Part shown: positions 51,833-64,000 of the stretch, piece by piece
How positions within the stretch are numbered: the first letter of the stretch is position 1
Layout: each line of letters starts with the position of its first letter
From: Eledone cirrhosa
Lineage: Eukaryota
Reading direction: 5' to 3'
NCBI GenBank assembly: GCA_964016885.1
Contig: OZ024750.1
Coordinates: 24,118,001-24,182,000 of the forward strand
DNA: 64,000 bases
Position numbers and translations under genes: made by a program
Notes under the pieces: model-generated
The model's input: the letters and a program-made list of their open reading frames with translations, nothing else
What the model was told of the DNA's origin: nothing
Database searches by the model: none

Positions 51833-52872
51833 CGGTGGATTGGCAGAATCGGTAGAGCATTGGACAACATGCTTCGTGGCATAAAGTTATGGCCCTTTGC
51901 ATTCTAAGTTCAAATCCTGCTGAGGTTAGCTCTGCCTTTCATCCTTACAGGGTCGATAATTATAAAGTACCAGTAATGCACTGGGGTCGATTTAATCAAC
52001 CCCCCCCTCCCCCAAATTGCTGGTCTTGTGCCTATAATAGAAATCATTATTACATACTGGATTAGGGTGATGGATTGGCAAAATTGGTAGAGCATTGGAC
52101 AACATGCTTCGCGGCATAAAGTTACGACTCTTTACGTTCTGAGTTTAAATCCCTCTGAAGTTAGCTTTGCTTTTCATCCTTACGGGGTTGATAAAATAAA
52201 GTACCAGTAATGAAGTGGGCCAATTTAATCGACTTTCCCCTCCCCTTCAAAGTGTTGGCCTTGTGCCTATAGTAGAAACAATTATTACATACTGGATTAG
52301 AACATTGCACTAATATTTAGCAGTATTTGATCTGTCTCTATATGTTGAGGTCAACTTTACCTTTCATCTGTCTCTATATGTTCTGAGGTCAACTTTACCT
52401 TTCATCCTTCCAAGGTTGATCAAGTACCAGTGAAGAACTGGGGTTGGTATAACCAGTTTTTGCCTCTCCTAAAATTCCTGTCCTTGTGTCTACATTAGAA
52501 ATCCCGCCAAGGTTAACTTTGCCTTTCATCCTTACAGGGTCAATAAAATAAAGTACCAGTAATGCACTGGGTAGTTGCTGGCCTTGTGCCTAAAGTAGAA
52601 ACAATTATTACATAAGTACGGTGGATTGGCAGTATCGGTAGAGGGTTGGACGCCATGCTTTGACGCATAGAGTTACGGCCCTTGCCATTCTGAGTTCAAA
52701 TCCCGCCGAGGTTAACTTTGCCTTTCATCCTTATGGGGTCGATAAAATAAAGTACCAGTAATGCACTGGGTAATTGCTGGCCTTGTGCCAAAAAGTAGAA
52801 ACAATTATTACATAAGTACCAGTAATACACTGGGTAATTGCTGGCCTTGTACCAAAAGTAGAACAATTATTA
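51833..52872 (+). mobile_element. Head-to-tail cluster of SINE S2 copies and fragments
   Basis: At least six S2 units, mostly separated by ATTATTACATA. Confidence 0.85.
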
Positions 52873-52953
52873 CATACTAGATATTAAATTTCAGTAATTA
52901 AATATTTGTCTTTTGTTATTAAATTGAAAATTAGTTATTTCACTAAACCTTTC

Positions 52954-53507
52954 TTAACCCTTTAGCATTTAAACCAGCTATATCCAATCAGAATTCTCTC
53001 CCTCTTTCTGTTCAAACCAGATGTAACCAGCCACTTATACTTCTGTTAAGGTATTGTTCTCAACATAAATGATATCAAAAATTATGTCAGATAATTATGT
53101 AAGATAAAGCTTTTACCACAAAAATACAATAGTATATATAGAGTAATATATATGGAGGCACATGGCTTAGTGGTTAGAGCATTGACCTTGCAATCGAAAG
53201 GCTGTGAGTTCAATTCTCAGACCAGGTGATGTGTTGTTTCCTTGAGCAAGACACTTTATTTCACATTGCTCCAGTTTACTCAGCTGTAGAAATGAGATGA
53301 TAGGACTAGGGTCCCCATCATTCCACTGCAAAGTGGTCGTGGAGGTGCCACGGCAAAAAAGCCCCCAGCATTCACTGTAAATGAGGTTGGTGTTAGGAAG
53401 GGCATCCAGCTGTAGAAATCAAGCCAGAATCTGTTCCCGTCCCACCCTTGCAAGCAGGGAAAAGCGGACGTAAAATGAAATGATGATGATGAAGATGAAA
53501 GGGTTAA
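52954..53507. mobile_element. piggyBac-type MITE split by SINE S1
   Basis: Body 52954-53150; terminal AAAGGGTTAA 53498-53507. Confidence 0.8.
53154..53497 (+). mobile_element. SINE S1 inserted in a MITE terminal repeat
   Basis: Full-length copy; the MITE end AAAGGGTTAA resumes at 53498. Confidence 0.85.
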
Positions 53508-54064
53508 TCCTCAATTATTTCAATAAGTAGAACATAGTGGCAGCATATTCTATGATCTGAAGAAGAATTCAGTCTCAATCAATCTTTATTGAATGAAAGG
53601 TTTGATTATAATTTTGGTTAGTCTGCAGTAGCTCACCCATTGTTTGACTGGGGCGGTATATCAGCAGTAATCGATAGGGCATCAGGCAACATACTTTATG
53701 GCATATAGTTACAGCCCTTTACGTTCTGAGTTCACATCCCTCCGAGGTTAGCTTTGCCTTTCATCTTTACAAGGTCAATAAAATAAAGTACCAGTAATGA
53801 CCTGGGACTAATTTAATTGACTTTTCCTTTCCCTTTCAAATTGCTGGCTTGCTATCTGAATTAGAAACATCAGGTAGTGAATGATTTTGTTAATAATTCC
53901 AATCTATTTAACAAATCTCAGAACTTTAATATGTGATATTTGGGTCTACCTACAACAATTCATATCCACTAATTCTAGCAGGAATTGGGCCAGTGCCTTT
54001 TATAGCTCTGGGCCAACCAATGGCTTATTAGTGAATTTCATAGAGAGAAACTGCATGGAAGCCA

Positions 54065-54103
<39 letters not shown>

Positions 54104-54144
54104 GAAAGGTATAGAAAACACTGCAGCGAAAAGCCAACAGCACT

Positions 54145-54176
<32 letters not shown>

Positions 54177-54455
54177 AGAACAAAAGATGGTTAAAGGAGT
54201 TCCATGTATTTTATTATGCGCATTTCCATGTATTTTATTGCTTTATTGTACTACAATAAAACTCACCTCCTACATATATATATATATATAGATAGGTAAA
54301 TATACACGGGTGTGTATGATTGTGTATAGAAGATTATATTAATAAGAGGAATTCCAACTTTGTCTGATTTACTCGTTTTATTTACAATCCTTTAAAATAT
54401 ATAATGGTATTATAATGAAATAGTATGATAGAATATTAAATTCTAAGTGTTAATT

Positions 54456-54492
54456 GAACAAGTACTTTCATGCTTTCGCAATCTTCAGGTTC
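54456..54492 (-). ncRNA. Minimal type I hammerhead ribozyme
   Basis: GAAC-CUGAAGA-U-UGC(GAAA)GCA-U-GAAA-GUAC-UU-GUUC: perfect helix I, GNRA-capped helix II, palindromic helix III. Confidence 0.75.
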
Positions 54493-54723
54493 ATAATATG
54501 TGGTGACAGTCAAGTTTGCAATTTTCAACTGTAATAAGATGGGTAAATTTCCTACCTTTTATACATTTTATACAGAGAAAAGTGGCTCCAGAATGCTAAG
54601 CCCTGTAAACTGTATTTCGACCAATGTGTGTGCATAAGTCTGTGTTTATTTTTTTCTATTTACAATTGGCATTGCAAGTGGTGATATTTGTTTGTTTCAC
54701 ATGTGTGAAGATCTGTACCTTAT

Positions 54724-54950
54724 TTAACCATTTAGCATTTAAACTGGCTGTCTCCAGCCAGAATTCTCTCACCTCTTTCTGTTCAATCCGGTTGTAACTG
54801 GCCACACATATCAAAGTTAAGGTATTGTTCTCAAAATGAATAATATCACAATCTCATAGATTTGATATTATGTGAGATAATTATGAGGTAAAGCCTTTAC
54901 TGTGAAAATATAATAGTATATATAGAGCAATGTAAATGCTAAAGGGTTAA
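54724..54950. mobile_element. piggyBac-type MITE
   Basis: Same family. Confidence 0.85.
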
Positions 54951-55919
54951 AAGCCAAAAAACTAAAAAAACATGAGTTAGCATTAGGAAAGGCACCTAAC
55001 TGTAAAATTCTGCAAAATAAAAAAATTAAAAAAGATTCATCAGACCTGTGCCAGCATGAAAAGAAAACAGACATAAAACTGATGATGATATGAAATGATT
55101 TGTAGTATCAAAATCTATAACTTTTATGTAATCTGTACAAACAGATCTATATATAACCAACAGTTTGTAAATGGAAAAAAAAAAAAAATGACTCGTGTGT
55201 TAACCTGTGACACACCATTTATCATATGAATTTTTTTATTGGAAGATATTGGCTGCTCTTTGTTATGTTTCTCAGAAAATCTAGGAAAGTAACTTGATTT
55301 TCTCTGTACTGGTAGGAGACCCAGGCAATAAATCCTGAGCAAGATGGTTGGATAACATCCATGAGCTTGACTTGTCAAGCTTGGAGATCCAGCTAGATCA
55401 GTTAGAGAGGGTTTCTTCTGACAGGACCCGCTGGAGGGAGTGGACAAAGAGGAGGAGAAGAACATGGTTTTCTTAACTAGCAACAAAGTAGATGAGAATA
55501 TTCATTGTAAAAACGTTTAGTTTTGCTGGGATTTCTAATATTCTTTTCTTAAAGATTAATTTATACTGACAAGGAAACATCTAAATGATTTTTATATTAT
55601 CTTAGATGAGAAATTTCTAAATATGAATCATTCATAAGATAATGTGGCCATGAGGTTTAGTTTGTTTTATCTATATAGATATAAAATGAATCAGATATGA
55701 ATACTATGATTTTCTTCAGTTAGTTTTATATTAAAATAATAATTTAAATTACATTTACAATATTTACCCATGTATATACTGCCCTCTCACTCCATTTTGT
55801 CTGAGAAATGGGCAAATATACAAACTCGTGTATAAGCCGAGGCACATTGTTTACATGGCACAGTTTTGTAAATACCCACAAGTGGAGAATATTTGTATGA
55901 AGTTTTAATATTTTTAGAT

Positions 55920-56300
55920 CTAATGGTGGATGGGTGCTACATGAGAATGTTGAGGATGGCTCTGAACATTAATCAGTATACACTGAGGATGAAGTACTCA
56001 GAGCTGTACAGGAGCCTCCCAAAATGCAGCTCGAAATTGACACAGAGGAGACTGAGGTTAGCTGAACATGCTCTCTGATATTCAGAGTTGACACTGCACT
56101 CAGTGGTCCTGTGGGAGCCCCCTACACAGACATACTGGAAGAGAGAGACTGAGGTTGACATATATTGATGCCCTAAGGACAGACACTGGTCTCTGGGAGA
56201 CGCAGGACATAGCGGCGATGAGGAAGGGGTCAGAGACTGTTGAGAACTCATCCATGGATCTAGGGAATTTTACCCACCCTAGGTATAGCGATAGATCTAA
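55920..56300 (+). mobile_element. RTE-type LINE 3' fragment
   Basis: DGCYMRMLRMALNI...RRLRLAEH...LWEP...TYID.L..DTG. Confidence 0.65.
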
Positions 56301-56542
56301 AATGTTTTTAAGTGTTATCTTGAGTATAATTTTTGTTTCACAACTCCATTTAATGATTTTTTTTTTGCCATTTCATCCATTTTATAAAGTTTCAACAAGT
56401 TTCTAGAATTTTTGTCAATAGCACAGGTTTATATTTAACATACAAATCAAATAAAATTTGTATATGTATAAAATATACACACGCATAATCTATTTACATT
56501 TGTGGTTGTATGTGTGTGTGTTACACATCGTTTTATGCATCA

Positions 56543-56882
56543 ACGGCCCTTGCCATTCTGAGTTCAAATCCCGCCAAGGTTAACTTTGCTTTTTATCCTT
56601 ACGGGGTCGATAAAATAAATACCAGTAATGCACTGGGTAATTGCTGGCCTTGTGCCTAACGTAGAAACAATTATAGATTTGTGTGTCAAGGGCGGTGGAT
56701 TGGCAGTATAGGTAGAGGGCCGGACGCCATGCTTTGACGCATTGAGTTACGACCCTTGCCATTCTGAGTTCGAATCCCACCGAGGTTAACTTTGCCTTTC
56801 ATCCTTACGGGGTCGATAAAATAAAGTACCAGTAATACACTGGAGTAATAGCTGGTCTTGTGCCAAAAGTAGAAACAATTAT
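56543..56882 (+). mobile_element. Two tandem SINE S2 copies
   Basis: The second copy is flanked by a duplicated TAGATTTGTGTGTCAA. Confidence 0.8.
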
Positions 56883-57011
56883 AGATTTGTGTGTCAATGT
56901 GTTAGTATAAAAGTATGTTTGTAAGTTTTTATATTTATCATAAAAGTGTTTCAATATATATATATATATATATATATATATCAAATAATTGTAATGGTAG
57001 TTAAGATGGGT

Positions 57012-57204
57012 TTAAATCACCATAATTGTTTATTACATTATATATATTTCTGTTACATGGTTATTCATGTGACTTCATCAGATGCTTATGCAATCATTGG
57101 TGCAGTTATGCAATCATCGTAATCGCATAAGCATCTGACAAAGTCACATGAATAACCATGTAACAGAAATATATATAATGCAATAAACAATTATGGTGAT
57201 TTAA
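57012..57204. mobile_element. Fold-back element with hammerhead motif on each arm
   Basis: Arms of ~80 bp. Minus 57085-57035 reads GCAU-CUGAUGA-A-GUCACAUG...CAUGUAAC-A-GAAA-UAUAUA-UA-AUGU; plus 57131-57181 is the same with core CUGACAA. Confidence 0.75.
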
Positions 57205-57679
57205 TCCCGTATGCTTTGCAGCAAAGAGTTACGGCTCTTTATGGTCTGAGTTCAAATACTGCCAAGGTTAACTTTGCCTTTCATCCTTACGGGGTCGATA
57301 GAATAAAGTACCAGTAATGCATTGGAATAATTGCTGGCCTTGTGCCAAAAGTAGAAACAATTATTTGATAAATGAGTACTTTGACTAATTATCACTTACT
57401 TGGGATAAACTACTGACATGTAGTGCTTTGGGTTGCTAGGACCTGCTTATCATTAGGAAATTACAATGTAACAACTAAGATAAACAGCACTCTTCTGCAA
57501 TATATTTATATATATATATATATATATACATCGTTTTTGTATTTGTTTTACAAGATTTGTTTTACAAGATTTGTTTTATCTGAAAACGTGTTTTGACACG
57601 GATATTGTTATACTTTGGGAGTTGCTGCCAATAAAAACACATACACATACACATACACATACACATGTCCACATACACC

Positions 57680-58072
57680 TCTCAAAGTCAATGACACACG
57701 ACCGTGACTTCTGGCGTCACGCAGTAATACAGGGTACCCGACCTCCCATGGGTACATGCTGAAGCATATAAACAATATGCCCCCCCCCCCCCCCACCGCA
57801 AGGTGGTCGTGGAGGTGCCACGGCAAAAAAGCACCCAGCCCACACTGTAAAGTGGACGTGTAGGCGCCACGAAAAAGCACCCAGCACTCACTGTAAATGA
57901 GGTTGGTGTTAGGAAGGGCATCCAGCTGTAGAAATCAAGCCAGATCAGTTCCTGTATGAGCAAGGCATGGTCAACCGACCAGACACTGCCCACAACAGGA
58001 CAACCCGTCTAACCCATGCTAGCGTGGAAGAACGGACGTAAAACGGTGATGATGATGATGATGATGATGATG
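57680..58072 (+). mobile_element. RTE LINE 3' end (family A)
   Basis: Colinear with 11500-11885. Confidence 0.7.
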
Positions 58073-58504
58073 TGATTCATAAAATATAGTTATTCCTTAA
58101 CTCTAGGTCAATTCAGATTCATGTAATTGGATGTTATCATCATTTAACGTCCATTTTGCACACTAGTATGGGTTTCATGACAAGTCGGGTCTCGTGACCT
58201 GGTTTCTCTTAAGGCAACCACATTTACAGTGAGGCCTGGGTGCTTTGTGGACTGATATTTTGGTATAGACATGATCAAAAGCATTCCATCTGCGACCATC
58301 TTGTCTTGTCTTGAGCTACTCTATGTAATGTGTCTTTCTCTTCCAAAGTGATAGTTTAGGTATTTGACTGTTATTTCTAAAAGGTCGAACAATGACATAG
58401 AGGCTCCTTTGTGCCACAGAATGTTTCTTAGTTTGATACTAATATTGTAAGGGTGGAGGATGTCAGTCATGAGTACAAGACTGGGGTTATGTATGTATTA
58501 GAAA

Positions 58505-58697
58505 TAATTGTTTCTACTTTTGGCAGAGGGTCAGTAATTATTCCAGTGTATTACAGGTACTTTATTTTATTGACCCCGTAAGGATGAAAGGCAAAGTTAA
58601 CCTCGGCGGGATTTGAACTCAGAATGGAAAGGGCCGTAACTCAATGCGTCAAAGCATGGCGTCCGACCCTCTACCGATACTGCCAATCCACCGCCCT
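58505..58697 (-). mobile_element. SINE S2
   Basis: Reverse copy flanked by a TGTATTAGAAATAAT duplication. Confidence 0.8.
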
Positions 58698-59042
58698 GTA
58701 TTAGAAATAATGAACATTTTTGTGTACTCCAACTCATCAAAGGTGCATGAATAGTACATAGAATAATGTAGAAATGTCAGGAAAGTGAACAGTGTATGAG
58801 TCCTGATATGTCAGACACACACACACACACACACACATGCATGTGTACAGGAGGTCACCCTTTTTAAAATAGTAGACCAGCCACCGGATGCCAAAACCTG
58901 GGAATGAACTAGGGACCTTTACAGTCTTTTATTTTCCCAGTGTCTTCCCTCGCCCTGGGGGATTGTCTTTAACTTTACTTTTTCTACAATTGAGAAAACT
59001 GTGGTGATATTTTATTTTAAAATACTCGAATATATTTATAGT

Positions 59043-59355
59043 GAAGGCACATGGCTTAGTGGTTAGAGCATCGGGCTTACAATCGAGAGGTTGTGAGTTC
59101 GATTCTCCGACCGGGCTTTACGTTGTTCTTGAGCAAGACACTTTATTTCACATTGCTCCAGTTCACTTAGCTGTAGAAATGAGTTGTGATGTCACTGGTG
59201 CCAAGCTGTATCGGCCTTTACCTTTCCTAGGACAGAATCGGTGGCGTGAAAAGGGGAGACTGGTATGCATGGGAAACTTATGGTCTTAAGCAAACAACCT
59301 TGCTCGAACTTGTGCCTATGGTCATTCGTAACCGAAGGGGGTCTTTCATTTCATT
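59043..59355 (+). mobile_element. SINE S1 variant (same head and body, different 3' half)
   Basis: After GTAGAAATGAG it continues TTGTGATGTCACTGGTGCCAAGCTGTAT; related reverse copy at about 19270-19628. Confidence 0.75.
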
Positions 59356-60052
59356 TTTAGGATAAAATTATATAAAAACAAAATTTAATATTTAGTCTGT
59401 CCTTTTCCTTCTTTTTCCTCTCATTTATAGCATTTATAGTCCTTTCCATTGCTAAAATAAATACTAATCTAGTAATAGTGTTGATTAAATCAAATATACC
59501 CCAGTCCCCAAATGTGTTTGGGGATTGGGGTATATTTGATTTAAAGTTAGAAATCAATATTGTGACAAGCTATAGGAAACAAATCTTACTTTTGTGTTTT
59601 ATTTATTCTGACTATTTAAAAGAGTTTCTTGTTTAAATTTATCTGCCGTAGACATTTTCTATAACATTTTGGTATATATTTTCATCATCATCATCATTAT
59701 AACATTCGTTTTCCTATGCTGCTTTATATTGGATAGATCTGACATACAATATATTGCCACGTCTCAATCTTTGCAGTGAATAGAAACCTTTTTCATGGAT
59801 AACATAGGAGGAGGAATTCTTTAACATAAGTTATTTCTAAATTTGAAATTCCAATGAATGTGTTTGCCCATGCATGCATATGCATTCACTTTAATTAGAA
59901 TAATTTAAAATTGTGTTGTGAACTTGGTTCAACAAGGCATTACCAATTTTGCTATTATTTAAAACAATTCTATATATTTTTTTCATGACAGTGGTATAAA
60001 TAGTTAACTCGTCCTCTGATCTAAATGGTAATATATTTAGTGCTGACAGTAA

Positions 60053-60270
60053 GGGCGGTGGATTGGCAGTATCTGTAGAGGGTCGGACACCATGCTCTGC
60101 AACATAGTTACGGCCCTTTACGGTCTGGGTTCAAATCCCACCGAGGTTAACTTTGCCTTTCATCCTTACGGGGTCTATAAAATAAAGTACCAGTCACACA
60201 CTGAGGTCTATTTAATCGACTTTCTCCCCTCCACCTAAAATTGCTGGCTTTGCGCCTATATAAGAAACCA
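60053..60270 (+). mobile_element. SINE S2 (long-tail variant)
   Basis: Flanked by an ATATTTAGTGCTGA duplication. Confidence 0.8.
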
Positions 60271-60467
60271 TATTTAGTGCTGATAGTCAAATCCAATTGC
60301 TCCTGGATTTGAACTTGGAAATGTAAAGGATCAAACTAGATGCTTGAAAGTATCAAGACCTACTATGTATATTTTTTGCCATTTCATGATGTGATAGTTT
60401 ATTTTTCATTTAAAATAGATATCACTCTAAGTAAGTTTTTGAAACAGCGAGCGAGTTTGAAATTTTA

Positions 60468-60670
60468 AATAGCAGCTTTCGCCGTATTTTTAAATTAAAG
60501 AAATTTTAGCCTGATAGTGGGGTTTAGAACTCTCTAAGAAATGGAAAAAGATGAGTATTGATGTACATGGAAGTCAAACCCATATTTTTGGTCATCTAGA
60601 CCACTGCCATTACACCCCATTAACGGGATAAAATTTCTTTAGTAAAAAAAATATGGCGAAAGCTTCTATT
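60468..60670. mobile_element. Unclassified MITE-like element
   Basis: ~42-bp imperfect TIRs AATAG(C/A)AGCTTTCGCC(G/A)TATTTTT...TAAAGAAATTTT; no clear TSD. Confidence 0.55.
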
Positions 60671-60896
60671 TCTAACTAGATATTACTCTGTTCCACTAAG
60701 AATTTCACATTGAGAAAATGATAATGCTCGTTAATGCCTTTCATTTTGTAATATTTATCTTCATAACAAGTTTGTTTGGAGAGTTAATGAAATTATTACT
60801 TCAAATAACGATGGTTGCTTTTGACAGGACCCGCTGGAGGGGTGTTTGTGGACTCTGTCCCCACGACCCTCTGCCCCCATGACCCTTTCAGGAATA

Positions 60897-61200
60897 AGTG
60901 TGGATTGGGTGCTTTTTGTCATGACACCTACATGACCACTTTACAGTGTGGACTGGGTGCTTTTTGCCATGACACCTACATGACCACTTTACAGTGTGGA
61001 CTGGGTGCTTTTTGCCATGACACCTACATGACCACTTTACAGTGTGGACTGGGTGCTTTTTGCCATGACACCTACATGACCACTTAAGTGTGGACTGGGT
61101 ACTTTTTGCCATGACACCTACATGACCACTTAACAGTGTGGACTGGGTGCTTTTTGCCATGGCACCTACATGACCACTTTACAGTGTGGACTGGGTGATT
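60897..61200. repeat. Minisatellite, 48-bp unit (reverse of the 18512 array)
   Basis: About 6 highly similar units. Confidence 0.9.
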
Positions 61201-62633
61201 TTGTATATCTTATATAAACCATGTTTTATTATGTAAAACCTTTTATTCACAATGTCTAGTCATCCAGACATTGTTTCTGTATTCATGTTCAAAGTGACTA
61301 AATGTATTTATAGTTGTATTATGAAGTCTGAAAATGTTGGTCTGAATAAAATAGAATTAGTTACTAAAATTCTATATAAATGACTTTTTTGCTATTACTT
61401 CTAGCCACAAATACTTTTATATGGAAAACACCCATCACTTTTTCTAAATCATTTGCATGTAACCTACCTGCTAGAAATAGCAACCAAATTTCTCTCAAAT
61501 CACATTCTACCATCTTTAATCTTTCAGCATTTAAACCGGCCATATCCGTCCAGAATTCTCTCACCTCTTTCTGTTCAAACCGGCCATAACTGGCTGCTCA
61601 TATTTATGTTAAGGTATTGTTCTCAAAATGGATAATATCAAAATCTTGTAGATTCGATATTATGTGAGATATTATGTGAGGTAAAGTGTTTACCATGAAA
61701 ATATAATAGTAAATATAGAGTAATGTAAATGTTAAAGGGTTAAAAACAGGAAAGACATATAGAAGCAGATAGTCTGAGATAAAGTATCTGAAAATATGGA
61801 ACAGTCATATTTTGGAACATAGGTTGACTTGATTGGGGCTGGCCTAATGCTAAACATGTAACCTAGACATCTAATATAAGATTCATTCTCCTTTCATGAA
61901 TAATAACTTTGTGTATATCCTTCAATAGGAACATGACATAATCTTCTTTAGGAGGGCCAACAGTCTTGCATCTCATCATTTCATGTCTTTTTTCCCCTCC
62001 GCTAACAAGAGTTAGAAAGTTTGTTACAAACCAAATCAGTACTCTATTGGAGTTACTGTCCTCATAGAAAGATAAGTGATCACATCTCACTCAAATACGT
62101 TACATTTTGACTTGGTTTTTATGGCTGGATGCCCTTTCTTATGCCAGCTACTTTACTGTATGTATTTGGGGTATACTATCATGTTATCAACCCTAAAGAA
62201 GTTGTCATCTCCTCAGCCAGACTAAAGTGAAATGATTGGGCTCAGTATAGAGAAAAGGAGTAAGTAGACATTCCTTAGGGTGTACTCAGTGCAAACTGTG
62301 GATGCATCAGGGTGTTGTGGGATTGCAAGCAGGTATACAGTAGATGCATAGGTGCAATAAGCAATGAGTACACATCAAATTGATTGTCCTTTCTAACACC
62401 AATTACTTTACATAGTGAACTGGATCCATATCATTGTGGCACCTGCACTAGCGAGGCTGTCATGTTCTAGGCAAGCCTAAAGAGTCCTCTCTGCTCTAAA
62501 TTGTCTCCAATTCTTTAAAGCAGCTGGGACAGAGATGGTGAATAGGATAAAGACTGAGTATTAGTGAGACATGGGGGAGGGGATATAGAAGGAATAGGGT
62601 AAACTAATGAAGTAAACAGTGAAAGATAGCTAC

Positions 62634-62702
62634 ATGGTGGTGATGATGATGATGGTGGCGGTGGTGGTGGTGGCGGCGGCGGCGGTGGTGGTGGTGGTGG
62701 TG
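62634..62702. repeat. (GAT)/(GGT)/(GGC)n trinucleotide repeat
   Basis: Read directly. Confidence 0.9.
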
Positions 62703-63118
62703 AAAGGAAGAGTCGTAGAATTGTTAGAGAGTAAAAAGTTAAAGTAATCAATGAGTAAAGTGATCTATGCCAACAGAAAATATGAATGAGGGGGTGTGAA
62801 AGTGTGCATATGGGTTGAAGGTTAAAAATAGTGAAAGATGATGGTAATACAGAGTGGTAGGTGTCAATGAAAGTTGATATTGGAAAGAGAAAAGGATAGC
62901 TTACCATCTTTCATTACACAGGAATCATGTTGGTAGATAAATAGTGATAAAGAATTATGGTGGGGGAAGAATAAATCTAGACTAATCCAGAGAACAGTAG
63001 ATGAAGAGTTAAAAGGAATGTAATATGATGCATGAACAAGCAAAATGTAATATTATATATTCCAATCTCCATCACTATTTTATTGACCATTTTTGGCCAT
63101 GTTTGCAAGGGTATAGAT

Positions 63119-63327
63119 CAGGCATGTTAATCATGTGGTCCGCATGTTGCATGTAGCCCTTTACAAACACACCTGTGGCCCGCAGAAAGGTTTTTACAGC
63201 AAGGTTATATTTTATCTTTGCAATATAAAATAAAAAAAATTAATCATAATGTGCGCAATTAGTTGTCGTGTGTGGCCTTTGGTCAACAATATGTGGCCTC
63301 CGGGAGACCCTCAGTTTGACATGCCTG
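63119..63327. mobile_element. hAT MITE
   Basis: CAGGCATGT...ACATGCCTG TIRs; exact 8-bp TSD GTATAGAT. Confidence 0.85.
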
Positions 63328-63568
63328 GTATAGATGGGGTCTTCTTCAGAACTTGTCACCACTCAAATCAGTTTGTCATCTTCCTGTGATTTGGCTCCTT
63401 GATATTGGTCTTTACTGCTTCTTTCCATGTCTTCCTAAGTCTCTCTCTTTCATCATTTACATCTACTTCAAACCCTCAGTATTTCTTTATAAAACTGATA
63501 TCCTTTTAGTAGTTTTAACAGTTAGTTTCTCATTCTTTCACTTTCTCCACTCACCTTCTTTACTTCTT

Positions 63569-63769
63569 TTAACCCTTTAGCATTTAAACCAGCCGTATCC
63601 AGCCAGAATTTTCTCACCTCTTTCGGTTCAAACTGGCCTTAACTGGCCACTCATATTGATTTTAATATTGAATATCATAGATTCAAGATTATGTGAGATA
63701 TGTGAAATAAAGCCTTTAACACGAAAATACAATAGTAAATATAGAATAATATAAATGCTAATGGGTTAA
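63569..63769. mobile_element. piggyBac-type MITE
   Basis: Same family. Confidence 0.85.
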
Positions 63770-64000
63770 ATGTTATCGTATTCCTAGTTGCTAGGTTTAC
63801 CTTTATACTTAACATTTAATTCAAAGCCAGTTGCGTCAACACTGTATCATGCTAAATCACCATGAGAATTATGTTAAGAGTATTCATGTCTATGGAATAC
63901 TCAGCCACTTACACATGAGCAGGCCATTCTGTTGACGAAACAATTATAAACTGATGGAGAGCTGTTCCATGTGTGTGTGTGCATGCATGTATATGTGTGG

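Noticed and set aside
62515-62907. Poly-proline ORF; also (YI)n and (CV)n ORFs at 26582, 33804 and 48118
   Set aside because: Translations of microsatellites.

Overview
AT-rich animal genomic DNA with spliceosomal introns and very dense repeats. The SINE, MITE and RTE repertoire suggests a coleoid cephalopod (octopus-like); this is inference. Three + strand host genes are visible: the last three coding exons of a CASC3/Barentsz-like gene (2154-5207), a complete two-exon NDUFB3 (12785-16604), and the first coding exon of an ABCA2-like transporter (33482-33547) followed by an intron of >30 kb. The remainder is mobile DNA: about 20 TTAA-flanked piggyBac-type MITEs, two tRNA-derived SINE families, a 2.5-kb RTE LINE with a PHD-like finger inside its RT, a Buster/Charlie hAT fossil with an intact 8-bp TSD, a mariner fossil and several minisatellites. 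The most striking unexplained layer is a set of mostly unrelated short fold-back (palindromic) elements, usually next to (TA)n. They carry type-I hammerhead ribozyme motifs, often one on each strand. One retains the C-terminus of a Penelope-like GIY-YIG endonuclease ORF, which ties the set to Penelope-like retroelements. Most ORFs in the supplied track are repeat artefacts. All alignments and folds were done by eye.
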